Source of the DNA: an uncultured virus (IMG/VR IMGVR_UViG_3300037067_001693)
Lineage: Duplodnaviria > Heunggongvirae > Uroviricota > Caudoviricetes
Virus record (IMG/VR): IMGVR_UViG_3300037067_001693
Reading direction: 5' to 3' (one strand)
DNA length: 58,711 nt
A model generated the notes under the pieces. That model searched no databases. It saw only the letters and a list, made by a program, of their open reading frames with translations, and was not told where the DNA came from. Position numbers and translations under genes: made by a program. This document shows, piece after piece, positions 1-11,141 of this stretch; position 1 is the stretch's first letter, and each line of letters begins with the position of its first letter.

Positions 1-1
1 T

Positions 2-586
2 TCTGTAGCACCGGGAGGAGTATATAAAACTATCCAAGAAATAAATAAATATAATGGGATACTTGGGGAGAAGAAGGCAGGACGTTCTATTGCGGCACCA
101 CCAAGTAATATCTTAGAAGAATGGATAACACCTACTACTGGTAATTACCAAGAGTGGTATACTGGCAATTTTCCTTATTGGTTTACTATAACTTTTCCTT
201 TTGGAAGTTTTAGTGATGGTAGTTCAAATCAAGAATTACGAACATCTGAATCGTTAAGTGTGCGATATTCTCCTCTTGGTACTTGTTGCTATTATCGTAA
301 TCATATGATTATGGGTAATGAGAATTATTATGTTTATACGTTTGATGGAAGTATTATTGAAGATTTATATGTACTTCCTGTTATTAATTCAGAATGGAAG
401 GGCATAATAGATCAATCTATACTTCTATTAAGTAATGATACTGATTACTATTGTTGGTATAATGGAGATTTTTTTCATAAAGAAGAATTATATTCCTTAT
501 TTAATGTTCCCAGTACAGCAAAAGAAATTCGTAGTATATTTTATATACCTAATATCAATAACGATACTACAATAGTGAATTTATAG
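2..586 (+). CDS. 5'-truncated putative virion/tail protein
   Basis: The frame of ORF 260..586 is open back to base 2, so the gene starts before the window; it lies in the virion gene block. Confidence 0.6.
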   Translation, partial: SVAPGGVYKTIQEINKYNGILGEKKAGRSIAAPPSNILEEWITPTTGNYQEWYTGNFPYWFTITFPFGSFSDGSSNQELRTSESLSVRYSPLGTCCYYRNHMIMGNENYYVYTFDGSIIEDLYVLPVINSEWKGIIDQSILLLSNDTDYYCWYNGDFFHKEELYSLFNVPSTAKEIRSIFYIPNINNDTTIVNL

Positions 587-594
587 GAATCAAA

Positions 595-1131
595 ATGTCA
601 TCTTTAGGAATCAGATTAAACACAAAAAATATAGGTATTTCGCAATATGCAGATCTTACTATAAATAGTCTCTGCTGTTTTAATGGTGTATTGCTTGCGG
701 GAACAACAAGTGGAATACTGAAGCAATCTGGAAACAGTGATAATACGAGTACAGATATTCTTGCTTTTTTCCAGACTCCTTCAGTAGATTTAGAAAGTAA
801 TCATAATAAGGTTATTAGGTATATAGATATTGATGGTGATACTGAGGGTGATATTGACATAGCGGCAGTTTATGATAATGATAAAGTAACTGCAAAAAGA
901 CTCGATTCTTTAGGTGTACTTGATCAAAAAACCACTAGAATTTATACTAATCATGAAAACTATGGTAGGTCTGTTGGTGTAGAAGTAAGAAATGTAAATG
1001 GAAGTGACTTTACCATTGATTCTATTGATTGTTTGGTTAAAGTATATAAGGTAACAAAGATAACAACAGCTACTCTTGGTAGAGCCAAATTAACGCTATC
1101 TGCACTTACAATAAGTGCGACATCTGTTTAG
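595..1131 (+). CDS. putative virion structural protein
   Basis: 178 aa, beta-rich composition, AGGA RBS, tightly packed in the structural operon. Confidence 0.55.
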   Translation: MSSLGIRLNTKNIGISQYADLTINSLCCFNGVLLAGTTSGILKQSGNSDNTSTDILAFFQTPSVDLESNHNKVIRYIDIDGDTEGDIDIAAVYDNDKVTAKRLDSLGVLDQKTTRIYTNHENYGRSVGVEVRNVNGSDFTIDSIDCLVKVYKVTKITTATLGRAKLTLSALTISATSV

Positions 1132-1142
1132 GAGGCATTAAT

Positions 1143-2333
1143 ATGTCGGGCGAATTAAACACTATTTTGTCTGTTGCTAGTAGTAATGTTGCAGGCGGAG
1201 GAAACACTGCAATAACATTAGTAAACGAAAAATATGATCAGATGGTTATCTATGCGAACGATGCGTGGATAAGAGTATACGCTTTACTTGATGCACTTAG
1301 AGTTCTTGTTACATCGCCATCTTTTCCTACTGTTGATATTGAGTATGAAAATGTAGATGTTAATCTTAACTATGATTTAGTGGATAGACCATCCCCTCCG
1401 TCTGATAGTGATCTACAATTTAACGAACCCGCAAGACCTGTTTTAGGTAGTATGTTGGAAATGCCTACTTTTTACTTACCAGGAACATCTATTGCAGTCG
1501 CTAAAGATTTATTTATACAGAGAGTTAATGAAAGACTTCTTAATGGATCGACAGGTCTTGATACTACTGTTGAACAAGCTATTTGGGATAGAGCAAGATC
1601 ACGACAAGAATTAGTAAACCAAAAACTTTATACTGAAACAGAGACATACTTTTCTTCTCGTGGATTTAATCTTCCTAATGGAGCAATGTCCGGCAGATTG
1701 AATGAAATAGCGATAGAAATAGTAAGGAATGATAGTTATCTTAATACAGATATTCTAACAGAACAGGCTAAACTTGCCCAGGCAAATGAGCAATTTATGT
1801 TAAAAGAAGCATTTGCTAATGTACTTAATACTGAAAATATGTATGCAGAAAATATTCTTAGAACTAATAAGAACACAACAGATGTTTTTATCGCAAAGGT
1901 AGAGGAGTATAAAAATGCTATCTATGGTCAAGTTGCCAGAATAGAGAATGTTGTTAAAGTCTATGTAACTAAAATTGAAGCTTATAAAGCTGATATAACT
2001 GCGGCAAGTCTTGATCTGGATGCACAAGTTAAAACACTCGAAGCAAATATTAAGCAATCGCAGATTAAGATGGAACTTGCTTTAAAGGAAGCTGAACTTT
2101 CACTTGAAACTGCTAAAATTCAGTACGGGTTGCAGGTGGAGTCACTAAAGGCTGGTAGTCAAGTAGCTGCACAGATTGCTGCAAGTGCTCTTTCTAGTTT
2201 CAATACAAGTGCAAGTGTTGGTTTTAGTGCAGGTGCGCAAGTTGGGTTTAGCGGAAATCAAAGTGAAACCTTTGATAGAACAAAGGAACTTACTACAAGA
2301 TCTATAGAGGTCAGACTTTCTGAAGCAGAATAA
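1143..2333 (+). CDS. putative virion protein with coiled-coil C-terminus
   Basis: 396 aa, GGAGG RBS, heptad-rich C-terminal half, position among tail/ejection genes. Confidence 0.55.
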   Translation: MSGELNTILSVASSNVAGGGNTAITLVNEKYDQMVIYANDAWIRVYALLDALRVLVTSPSFPTVDIEYENVDVNLNYDLVDRPSPPSDSDLQFNEPARPVLGSMLEMPTFYLPGTSIAVAKDLFIQRVNERLLNGSTGLDTTVEQAIWDRARSRQELVNQKLYTETETYFSSRGFNLPNGAMSGRLNEIAIEIVRNDSYLNTDILTEQAKLAQANEQFMLKEAFANVLNTENMYAENILRTNKNTTDVFIAKVEEYKNAIYGQVARIENVVKVYVTKIEAYKADITAASLDLDAQVKTLEANIKQSQIKMELALKEAELSLETAKIQYGLQVESLKAGSQVAAQIAASALSSFNTSASVGFSAGAQVGFSGNQSETFDRTKELTTRSIEVRLSEAE

Positions 2334-2344
2334 GGGAGTATATT

Positions 2345-3046
2345 ATGCGCACAGCTGAATATGTTGAAAATAGTATTGCATCGTTTGATAATCTAGTTAA
2401 ATCTATAAGGGATGTTAATGCGCAGCGAAGACTATCTAAGGATAAGTTATACACAGATGTTAACTCTATGCATTATGGTCCTGGTGGCGCTATGGACAGG
2501 GTTGCTACTATGCAATATGGTACTGGAGGTTCTGCAGATAGGATAGCATCTATGACATATGGTCCTGGTGGTATGTATGACAGACATTTTGCGTCAGGAG
2601 AAAAGGTAGCTCAAATGCAGCAACCATTGTGGAGTGCTGAAGCTAACTTGAAAAACGCACAAGCAAGAGGTACTAACTATAATACAGATCTTACATCATG
2701 GATTGCTGGACTTAAAGATACTGAAGGTAACTCTTTACTTGGTAGGCAGAAGGGCATTGAGTTTAATGTACTTAGAAGTGCAAATCCTAATCTTCCTGGT
2801 TCTAGTATTGCTTCACCGACTGTTTCTATTGCTAAGCCAAGTCGTCCAGATTGGTACACAGGAAAACCAGTTACTGACTTATATAATGAGTTGGATAAAG
2901 AAAACGCTAAATGGAAACCTTTTGGTGAGGAAAGTCCTGCTATGAACTGGATGTCTAGACGTGTCAGAAATATAGGTGAGGCACCTAGAAGATTTCTTAA
3001 TGAAGTTGCTGCTCCAGTAGCAAACTGGTCAGGATGGAGTCGGTAG
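2345..3046 (+). CDS. putative internal virion (ejection) protein with 14-aa repeats
   Basis: 233 aa, G/A/M-rich, three MxYGxGGxxDR repeats, precedes the large ejection-like protein. Confidence 0.5.
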   Translation: MRTAEYVENSIASFDNLVKSIRDVNAQRRLSKDKLYTDVNSMHYGPGGAMDRVATMQYGTGGSADRIASMTYGPGGMYDRHFASGEKVAQMQQPLWSAEANLKNAQARGTNYNTDLTSWIAGLKDTEGNSLLGRQKGIEFNVLRSANPNLPGSSIASPTVSIAKPSRPDWYTGKPVTDLYNELDKENAKWKPFGEESPAMNWMSRRVRNIGEAPRRFLNEVAAPVANWSGWSR

Positions 3047-3058
3047 TAGGAGAATATC

Positions 3059-6000
3059 ATGTCAATGCTTGAAGAATTGATGAAACCTAGTCCTATTGTC
3101 TCGCATGTTCTCGGACAAAGAATAGCAGAGCAAGATAGGATTGCAAAAGAGCGAGGTGCTTATCTTTCTGATCCTGGAAATGTTGAGCGCATCCTATCTC
3201 ACTGGGCGCATGGAACTCTTCCTGAAAAAGCAGGTGCAAAGATTCCTGTTGGTGCATCATTAGATAAGATTGAAAAAGCAATGCCTGATGATGATCCAAG
3301 GAAAGGTTTGGCTTCTAAGATATATTACGATTCTGCTAATATCATTGCAGCAAATCCTGGTATGCATCCAGCAGAGGCATTGTCAAGAGAATACTGGAAT
3401 AGAACATCAGCTTTAAATGCTGATGATAAGTTATATCATTATATTAGAGAAAAGAAATCTAATTTACTCGGTTCTTCTGATGTGGCAATTGCACCTGGCT
3501 ACGAGAAGTGGGCAGCAGATCCTAAGCAGACAGAGAACAAATGGGAATGGACTAATCCTCTTGTCTCCGCTGGATTCGGCGCTGGTATGTCTTTGCTTGG
3601 TGCAGGAGTTGGTGCGCTGGCAGGCAGTGTTGCAGGTCCTGCTGGAACTGTTGCGGGAGGAACTGCTGGGCGTACTATAGGGGCAGGTATTGCAGGATGG
3701 TTAGCAAAGACACTCGCAACAAAAGCAGGTTCTACTTTACTTGGAACGGCAGGTAAAGCAGCATTAACTGCGATTCCCTCTTTTGCTGTTTTCGACACAG
3801 CACATAATATTCTTAAAGAAACTGACTGGGCAAAGGAAAGACCTATTACCAGTATGCTAGTTGCAGGTGCTGCAGGTGCAGGTGTTGATGCAGGATTGTT
3901 GAAAGCAGGTTCAAAATTGCTTACTAACTTTAAAGGTAGTTGGGATGCTTTAAATACTGCTGGTGGTGATGTAATAAAAGATCCATCTATAAAGAATCTT
4001 CTTAGTTTTGAAGGTAAACGTGCAGATATTGCTAGAGATTTAACAAGTCTTTGGGATAGAGAATTTGCTTCAACTGAGATGAAAGCAGCTGTTCCTAAGT
4101 TTGATGAGGTAATGACAAAACAGTATCTTGATAATACAGCAAAAGGCATGTCACATGCAGACGCCACTGCTGATGTGTTAGAAACAAGATACGCAAAAGA
4201 TGCTGTGACTAAAATGACAAAGATTGAAGATGACGCTATTAGTCATAGTGTCGACTATAATCGTTTACTTGGAGAACGTGTAACTCCTGGGATGTCTGCA
4301 GAAGAAGTAGCAAAAACAGGCCAGAGTATTTTAGACGAACTTCGACTTACAAAAGGTGCTTTCTCTCCTGAACAGTTGTCAAGAGAGAACGTATCTGGAT
4401 ACAGTACTTTAATTCCTAAAGATAGAAATTTTAATCCTATAGGCATTGTGCAGGAGATGTCTGCAAATGCAAAGAAGTTTGATGCGTTGGCAGAAAAGCA
4501 TGTGTATGACTATGAAAATCCACTTGCCTATGAAACCATGTCTAAGAAAGAGTTGCTTGGAAGAGTGCAAGAACTTAACACAGCGAAGACACAGGGTATT
4601 TTAGACGATGCTACACACTCTTTATATATGACCCCTTTAGAGACTGCAATACGTAACAAAGGTATTCTTCCCCCTAAAGACAGATCTTTATTTGAATTCA
4701 AAGGTAACAAAGTAGAAACACCTGAATTTATTACTAAACTTACTGATGAGTTAACAGGCGCAATTAATGCAGGAGATAGTGAGAGATATCGTGCTGCGTT
4801 GGGTCATTATATGCTTAATGGTAATGGCAAACTATCAGGTGAGGTTGTGTCTAAACTTGAGGCGATGACTAATACTGATAGTTATCGCAAGATGGTGCAG
4901 ACTGAACTTGACAGTACAACTAAAGAAGTACTTAAGTTGACACAAGGTGATACTGCTGGCTTAAAGAAAGCCATCGCAAACGATATTAAGAAAGGTGCAG
5001 ACTCTGCCGCTATAATGTCTAAGTACGGTAAACTTGGGTTATGGTCAACTGTTCCTATTATTGCTGGTAGTGTGTTACTGGGTGGACCGGGAGTTGAGAC
5101 ATCAGAAGCTGGCGTGATTCCTGATATGATTGCTAAGCAGGCTATGAAGGCACTTAATCCTAAGGTGACAGAAGAAGTCTTAATGAAGAGTATGATGGAA
5201 AAGGGTTATCATTCTACTATATTAAACGAAGCAAAGGATGGAATTACTGCTTATCAAAAATCAATAAATTTCTCAGATCTTCATGGAAGGATGCCTAGTC
5301 CTTTTGAGGATCTTCAAGTGAAGAAGGGATTTAGTCGTTTTCTGTCTACGATAATGACACCTCAAGCTGTTGCACAATTTCTCTTTAAACCTTTTTCTAG
5401 TGCAAGTCCTATTATTGCAGCAAAGACTACAACTGCTTTAGGTATTACGGAAGCATCCAAAATTGCAGTTTCTAATATGCTTAAAGGTATAACATCTTCG
5501 AGTAAAGAAATTAGGGAAATATATAAACCAGTTGTCGAGCGATTTCAGGTTCCTCTTCGTGAAGTTAGTGATCTTAATAATCAATTATCTTTGTATGATA
5601 AGATTCTTTCTGGTAAGTATAAGAATTCAGAGGGAGGTACAATTGATAGACTTAGTCGCGAAATAAGAAGAGGATCAAAACTTGATGAAGAAGATTTGGC
5701 AATGATTGCAGATTTTTCAGCAAAAAGAGACAATGTTCAAAAAAGACTTAGCAGTTATGATGATACACTTAAAGAATATAATACGATTCTAGATGGACTA
5801 GACAGAGAAGTTGCTAGACAATTTCCATCTGCAAGAATATTCTTTGCTGCTAATAATTCAGGTATGGATGCTGCAGATCCTTGGGTTAAGCAATTCCTTA
5901 ATCACAATGAAATGCTTGCTGCAGCAAAGATTAAGAATATGCTCGGGCAATACAGTGAAAGAGCAGTAGCGTCTGGAATGGATGTTATTTCTAGTAAAGA

Positions 6001-7408
6001 CTTCATGCATTATGTTGCACATCCTGATACTGATTTTAAGTTGTTACGTAGTATTACTAACGATCTAGACTCAACTGTCGGGCATGGTATTGATATGTCA
6101 GCGTTTCATAGGAGAGGATTTAATACTCGCCCTATGATGCCAGATATTCACTATGCTATGGATAGGTATATTCCAGATGCTAATATGAGAATTGAAATGG
6201 CATCTTTCTGGAAAGAGTGGAGACCATTTTTAGCACAGGCAAGAGCAGCTGGTAATTTAGGTGCTGTAGATTACCTTGAGAGTGTTGCCAAAGGTTTTAG
6301 TCCTGTTGATCAGTTTGGAAGTTTAAACAAGCTTGCAATGACTGCACAGATGTTTGAAGCAGCTAGACTTATTTCACTGAGTCCTTCTGTCGGCTTTAAG
6401 CACGGGATGAAGGTTATGGCAAATATTGCACTTAGTGGGTTTGGTAATGCTTTTGAAAATCTTCCTAAAGCTGTTCCGATATGGAAAGATCTCAAAATGG
6501 CAGAACTTCTTAAGAAGGCTCCTGCTAACATGAGAGCAGATTTGGCTAAAGCACATATCGGAGCGCAGAATCTATATCTTACTATTAGTGATATGTTACC
6601 ACAAACGCAAGCTAGAAATATTGTTGAAGAGGGATTAATGTGGTGGAACAGTAAAGCTAACTTTATAGTAAATAATGTTGAAAAAGCAGATAGGGCATTT
6701 TCATTTGCGTCTGCTGTTTCAATGGCTGCTAAGCAAGGAATGACTCCTGCGCAAGCAAGTTATCTTGTGTATGATACTATTCTTAAAGCCAACTTTCTTA
6801 GTGGTGTACATAATCCTAGTTGGTTAAGAGATCCTAAAACAAGACTTTTATTCCTGTTTCAGGGTACTCCGTATAAGATATTTGAGCAAAGAATGATTAC
6901 TGCTGTAAAGGGTGGAGGGGCTATTGCAGATGCTACTAAAGAGTTGATGAGACAGTTAAAAGGTGACATAGAAACTGGTGCAAGAAATTTTCAGGTTGGT
7001 TTAATTAAAGATGCTTTGTTAGCTCCTAAAGATCTTAACGGAAAGTCGTATGCAGGGCAGTTAATGCGAACTATTCTTACTGCAGCAGCTGTAGTAGGTG
7101 CTGGTAAACAACTTGCTGATGTTAATTTAGGTGCACAAGTGTTTCATGTTCCTTTTACTAGAGCAACAGATACTAACGTAGGTCTTGCTATGAATCCTGC
7201 AATGGGAGCTGCTTACAGTACATTAATGAGTAAGGATGACTCGACCAATGCTGTTGTAGAATTCTTTAGTAAATGGTTAGGTTCCGGTATTCTTCCTGCT
7301 TCTGTTTATAAGGCGGTGAGATTATCTAAGAATGATATTCCAGAAATATATAAAGATAGTAAGTTTCAATATTTCTTTGGCATACCATCTGTTAAAGATG
7401 TGGATTAA
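3059..7408 (+). CDS. large internal virion / DNA ejection protein
   Basis: 1449 aa, Ala/Gly-rich hydrophobic segments (GAGVGALAGSVAGPAG), helical, in the usual podovirus ejectosome position. Confidence 0.6.
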   Translation: MSMLEELMKPSPIVSHVLGQRIAEQDRIAKERGAYLSDPGNVERILSHWAHGTLPEKAGAKIPVGASLDKIEKAMPDDDPRKGLASKIYYDSANIIAANPGMHPAEALSREYWNRTSALNADDKLYHYIREKKSNLLGSSDVAIAPGYEKWAADPKQTENKWEWTNPLVSAGFGAGMSLLGAGVGALAGSVAGPAGTVAGGTAGRTIGAGIAGWLAKTLATKAGSTLLGTAGKAALTAIPSFAVFDTAHNILKETDWAKERPITSMLVAGAAGAGVDAGLLKAGSKLLTNFKGSWDALNTAGGDVIKDPSIKNLLSFEGKRADIARDLTSLWDREFASTEMKAAVPKFDEVMTKQYLDNTAKGMSHADATADVLETRYAKDAVTKMTKIEDDAISHSVDYNRLLGERVTPGMSAEEVAKTGQSILDELRLTKGAFSPEQLSRENVSGYSTLIPKDRNFNPIGIVQEMSANAKKFDALAEKHVYDYENPLAYETMSKKELLGRVQELNTAKTQGILDDATHSLYMTPLETAIRNKGILPPKDRSLFEFKGNKVETPEFITKLTDELTGAINAGDSERYRAALGHYMLNGNGKLSGEVVSKLEAMTNTDSYRKMVQTELDSTTKEVLKLTQGDTAGLKKAIANDIKKGADSAAIMSKYGKLGLWSTVPIIAGSVLLGGPGVETSEAGVIPDMIAKQAMKALNPKVTEEVLMKSMMEKGYHSTILNEAKDGITAYQKSINFSDLHGRMPSPFEDLQVKKGFSRFLSTIMTPQAVAQFLFKPFSSASPIIAAKTTTALGITEASKIAVSNMLKGITSSSKEIREIYKPVVERFQVPLREVSDLNNQLSLYDKILSGKYKNSEGGTIDRLSREIRRGSKLDEEDLAMIADFSAKRDNVQKRLSSYDDTLKEYNTILDGLDREVARQFPSARIFFAANNSGMDAADPWVKQFLNHNEMLAAAKIKNMLGQYSERAVASGMDVISSKDFMHYVAHPDTDFKLLRSITNDLDSTVGHGIDMSAFHRRGFNTRPMMPDIHYAMDRYIPDANMRIEMASFWKEWRPFLAQARAAGNLGAVDYLESVAKGFSPVDQFGSLNKLAMTAQMFEAARLISLSPSVGFKHGMKVMANIALSGFGNAFENLPKAVPIWKDLKMAELLKKAPANMRADLAKAHIGAQNLYLTISDMLPQTQARNIVEEGLMWWNSKANFIVNNVEKADRAFSFASAVSMAAKQGMTPAQASYLVYDTILKANFLSGVHNPSWLRDPKTRLLFLFQGTPYKIFEQRMITAVKGGGAIADATKELMRQLKGDIETGARNFQVGLIKDALLAPKDLNGKSYAGQLMRTILTAAAVVGAGKQLADVNLGAQVFHVPFTRATDTNVGLAMNPAMGAAYSTLMSKDDSTNAVVEFFSKWLGSGILPASVYKAVRLSKNDIPEIYKDSKFQYFFGIPSVKDVD

Positions 7409-7498
7409 GAATCGTCCAATTATTGGGTGAATCTTTAAATAAATAATCAAGTACCGTCCAATGTTTGGTCGGATCTTACATAAATGGAGGACAGTAAA

Positions 7499-7852
7499 AT
7501 GATAAAGCTCAAACATACTAGCACGGTTTCTATCTCTACAGGCACAATCTCAGCGAGCGGATCATACACTACTGAAGCTTATGACTGTCAAGAATTACAA
7601 GGATTCTTTTCGTTGCAATGGACAGTTACAGGTGATGGTACTATGAAGGCAGAGGTTTTAGTATCTAACGATGGATCAACCTTTTTAGAAATTGATTCAG
7701 ATATTACTTCTGCACAAACTAAATCTACTGGCACAAGTGGAGTAAATATGGTTGACTTTGAAGTTACTCCTTGTAATCAGTTTAAGATTAAGTTTACCGA
7801 AACTGGTACATCTAATTCTATTACGGTAGTCGCAAGACTTAAATCTTTTTAA
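7499..7852 (+). CDS. small beta-sandwich virion protein
   Basis: ORF 7484..7852; GGAGG RBS favours the ATG at 7499; T/S-rich. Confidence 0.5.
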   Translation: MIKLKHTSTVSISTGTISASGSYTTEAYDCQELQGFFSLQWTVTGDGTMKAEVLVSNDGSTFLEIDSDITSAQTKSTGTSGVNMVDFEVTPCNQFKIKFTETGTSNSITVVARLKSF

Positions 7853-7864
7853 GGAGGCGTATGT

Positions 7865-8800
7865 ATGAAACCTTTTGCTTGGAACAGTCTTGCAAGATTA
7901 TTAAAGAATGCACATACCTGGATTGGTCAGCAGACGTTCACGAATATTAATGTCACTGGAGGTGCAATAAGCGGCGTTTTAATAACTGACGCACCTTTTG
8001 CAACTTCTACAAATCCAGGTGTGAGCGCAGCCACAACCACTGCCATTGTCGATGCTAACAACGGTGTCCTGATAACTACAAATGTCAACAATGCACAGAC
8101 GATAGGAAGTCCCACAGTAACTACAGCGGGGAAGAGATTCACAGTTATAAACAACGACACATCTTCTTCTTCTATTATCGTCAACGGTATCACCCTTGTT
8201 GCTGGCAAAGCTCAGACTTGGGTATGGGACGGTACGGCGTGGGTGGAAATTGATCTCGGAATCACATCTCTTCCCGTTCTCGTAACTCAGGGCGGAACCG
8301 GACTTGCTACCATCACCGACCACGGTATTATGCTTGGATCAGGGACGGGTGCAGTTACCCCTACAGCGGTTGGCGCGACGGGTGAAGTGCTTATCGGCCA
8401 GACAGGGGCAGATCCAGTATGGTCAGCAAATCCAAGCGTTACAACCTTAGCGGCTACTGTTTTTAGTCCCATAACCTCTGTCAACGTCGATTCTTCAAGA
8501 GCCATCCTTGCTGCCGAGATGAGAGGACAGACCCTTCTCGTTACCGGAGCATATACACCCACCTTACCTACCGCAGTAGCAGGATATAACTGCATCGTAG
8601 AGGCGACTACCGCAGCGGTGTATTCACTTGATCCTGTTACGGGGACAGACGTTATTGAACTTAATGGGACTTCTCTCGCAGCAGGAAACAAGGCAACCTC
8701 AGATGGTTCTAAAAGAGCCAGAATGGTTGTCAAGTGCTACGCTGCCGGAACCTATGTTATCACATCTGTAAATCATGTAGCGGTTGATGGGGGTGCGTAA
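7865..8800 (+). CDS. tail fibre protein
   Basis: T/A/G/V-rich; LPVLVTQGGTGLAT...GEVLIGQTGADPVW fibre-type motif. Confidence 0.65.
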   Translation: MKPFAWNSLARLLKNAHTWIGQQTFTNINVTGGAISGVLITDAPFATSTNPGVSAATTTAIVDANNGVLITTNVNNAQTIGSPTVTTAGKRFTVINNDTSSSSIIVNGITLVAGKAQTWVWDGTAWVEIDLGITSLPVLVTQGGTGLATITDHGIMLGSGTGAVTPTAVGATGEVLIGQTGADPVWSANPSVTTLAATVFSPITSVNVDSSRAILAAEMRGQTLLVTGAYTPTLPTAVAGYNCIVEATTAAVYSLDPVTGTDVIELNGTSLAAGNKATSDGSKRARMVVKCYAAGTYVITSVNHVAVDGGA

Positions 8801-10644
8801 TGAGTAGGGAAGAAGGGAATCCCATAATCAAAGGTCCGACCGCCGTCACTCAGGCCAACATGAAGATATCCGCTGTTGACGGTACAGCCTTTGTGGACTT
8901 CTCTGCTTCGGCGTTCTCTGCTGATAATATCCGCAATAATGACTTCGTTGAGATATTCGACTCGGCAAAGAGGAAGATAGGCGGGTTTATCAAGGCAGCG
9001 GGAACGGGGGAGACATTTGGATCTGAACTTATTACAAATGGTGATTTTTCCAGTGTCAGTATTATTTTTGGGACACCTTCGGGATCGTTCGCAGCAGGGG
9101 ATATGGTGTCGGGGGGGACGAGTTTAGCCACAGGCACATTTGTTTCAGTTGGTGGAGGCATCCTTGTCTTGTCTGGTGTATCAGGAACTTTTGCAGCAGG
9201 AGAGACAATCACTGGTGTTCCTTCGGGAGCCACGGGGGTGATAACAATCCAACGCCCCACAGGGTGGACAGTAGATGCCTGTACACCAACTATTGTAGCG
9301 GACGGTCAAGTTGGTACTTGTTTGTCATTATTGGCTACCTCTACCGGAGGAAGTGGAGGGGTTCTACGGCCGGTCTCAGTAAATAATAAAGGGTTATATA
9401 TAGAATCGGTTTACATAAAAAATGGTTCTGCTGCAAGTAAAACACTTTCTTTCTGGTTAGCCCCTACGCATGGGAATATAATTCTCTATGCAACGGGGGC
9501 AGCGTGGAGTTTAAGAACAGCATACAGAACCATAATACAGGGTAATGGCAATATTTATGCGGCTTATTATGGCTCGTCTGAAAATGGAAAGGATGTATTG
9601 GTTGATGAGTTTTCCTTCAAACAAGTCCTCACCCCCTCCTCCACCGGCGTAACCATCACCAACGCCCCCGGAGGCGCAACCTATAATTGGGGAGTCAAGG
9701 ATGCCAATTTCAACTATAACGATGCCTCAGGCTACACCTACCACATAATCTCCCGTCAGGCGTATGGGACGCTGATACTCAATCAAGAGACGGTAAGCGG
9801 CACCCTCCATCTCGCCACAGTAGATGGTGGGGCAATGTTCTTCCACGACTCAGTGGACTTCTCCACCTACGCTGGCGACGATGCAGGTGTTACCCCCTAT
9901 GAACTGGTATTCGAGGACGCTGCGGGGAAGTGCGCTATGGCCTATGCAGCGGCGCAGGGTGGCGGGGAGAGTTTGGATAGTGAACTCGTTGCTAACGGAA
10001 CTGCATGGACTGGCGCAACTGGTACAACTCCCCCCACCGGATGGAACACAGCATCTGGGAAAGTTGGTGTGCATACAATAACGGATAGTGGAGATGGGGC
10101 ACCATATGATGTATGCCTCAAACTCGAAACCAACAACCCTGTGCAAGTATATCCAACTACATATTGCAACAGCACTGTAAGTGTCGGAGCTTTGTATAAA
10201 GAATCAACTGCGTATAAGAAAGGTACGGCTCCTATTTGTTATATCAGCATAGGAAGCACCTCTGGCGGTTTTGATTATCATAACAATGCGCACAATAACG
10301 CGGCGTGGGCCACATACACCAAAAATTTTACTGCAAAAACTACAACAGCAAGTGTGGGATTAGTCGGAAGTAACGACCAAAATACTGCTGGATTGTTCAG
10401 TTTGTTCGATACAGTATCGTTAAAGAAATACCTCGACATCCCAACCACCGGCCTCCATCTCGTCTCCGCTATGGGCGGGACTACCCGAAACATGAAGTCA
10501 GTAGATGCGGGATTTGACAGCAATCAAATTGTTAAAGTTCGTGTCTATCGCACTGGACAAACAGATACCACAGCAGGTGCTTTACTTGATGACGCAGGGT
10601 TATTCCTGCTTGATGACGCAGGTGCAATTTTAACAGAGGACTAA
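8800..10644 (+). CDS. tail fibre / receptor-binding protein with two tandem carbohydrate-binding-like modules
   Basis: Internal duplication: ELITNGDFS...DEFSFKQ and ELVANGTAW...DTVSLKK, resembling CBM4/9-like jelly rolls. Confidence 0.6.
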   Translation: MSREEGNPIIKGPTAVTQANMKISAVDGTAFVDFSASAFSADNIRNNDFVEIFDSAKRKIGGFIKAAGTGETFGSELITNGDFSSVSIIFGTPSGSFAAGDMVSGGTSLATGTFVSVGGGILVLSGVSGTFAAGETITGVPSGATGVITIQRPTGWTVDACTPTIVADGQVGTCLSLLATSTGGSGGVLRPVSVNNKGLYIESVYIKNGSAASKTLSFWLAPTHGNIILYATGAAWSLRTAYRTIIQGNGNIYAAYYGSSENGKDVLVDEFSFKQVLTPSSTGVTITNAPGGATYNWGVKDANFNYNDASGYTYHIISRQAYGTLILNQETVSGTLHLATVDGGAMFFHDSVDFSTYAGDDAGVTPYELVFEDAAGKCAMAYAAAQGGGESLDSELVANGTAWTGATGTTPPTGWNTASGKVGVHTITDSGDGAPYDVCLKLETNNPVQVYPTTYCNSTVSVGALYKESTAYKKGTAPICYISIGSTSGGFDYHNNAHNNAAWATYTKNFTAKTTTASVGLVGSNDQNTAGLFSLFDTVSLKKYLDIPTTGLHLVSAMGGTTRNMKSVDAGFDSNQIVKVRVYRTGQTDTTAGALLDDAGLFLLDDAGAILTED

Positions 10645-10657
10645 GGAGGACATAACA

Positions 10658-11131
10658 ATGGCTAAAGTCTCTACATACACAGAACTCACAGCAGGACAAC
10701 TTAACAATACCGCCGACTATTTCAGCGTTTCGGATGCAGGAGCTGCGAGTAAAAAGATAAATTTAGCAAGTATGGTCTATGCCTATACCGATTTGGGCAC
10801 AGCTACACCTTCCACGATCCTGTTTGCGGATATGACTACCATCCCTCATACATGGTGCGCTAACCATAGTTCAGATCAGACAGTGACATTTGCAGCTCCT
10901 GTAGCCGCTGATGTAGGGAAACATTTCACCATTAGCAAAAATGGTACAGGCGCAGGCAAAGTGATCATGGATCTCCCTTTAGGGGTATATGCAGTTGCGT
11001 CTGGACAGACTACCTCCGATGGTGGGACAGTATCCCTGGCTGGTAGTGCATATGGGAGTATGACTTGGAGAGTTAATTCTGCAACTGTTATCCAGCTGGT
11101 GTGTGGCGATGGATCGCTCACATTTGCATAA
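10658..11131 (+). CDS. tail fibre-associated protein
   Basis: 157 aa, AAGGAGG RBS, T/A/G-rich. Confidence 0.5.
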   Translation: MAKVSTYTELTAGQLNNTADYFSVSDAGAASKKINLASMVYAYTDLGTATPSTILFADMTTIPHTWCANHSSDQTVTFAAPVAADVGKHFTISKNGTGAGKVIMDLPLGVYAVASGQTTSDGGTVSLAGSAYGSMTWRVNSATVIQLVCGDGSLTFA

Positions 11132-11141
11132 GGAGGACTAA

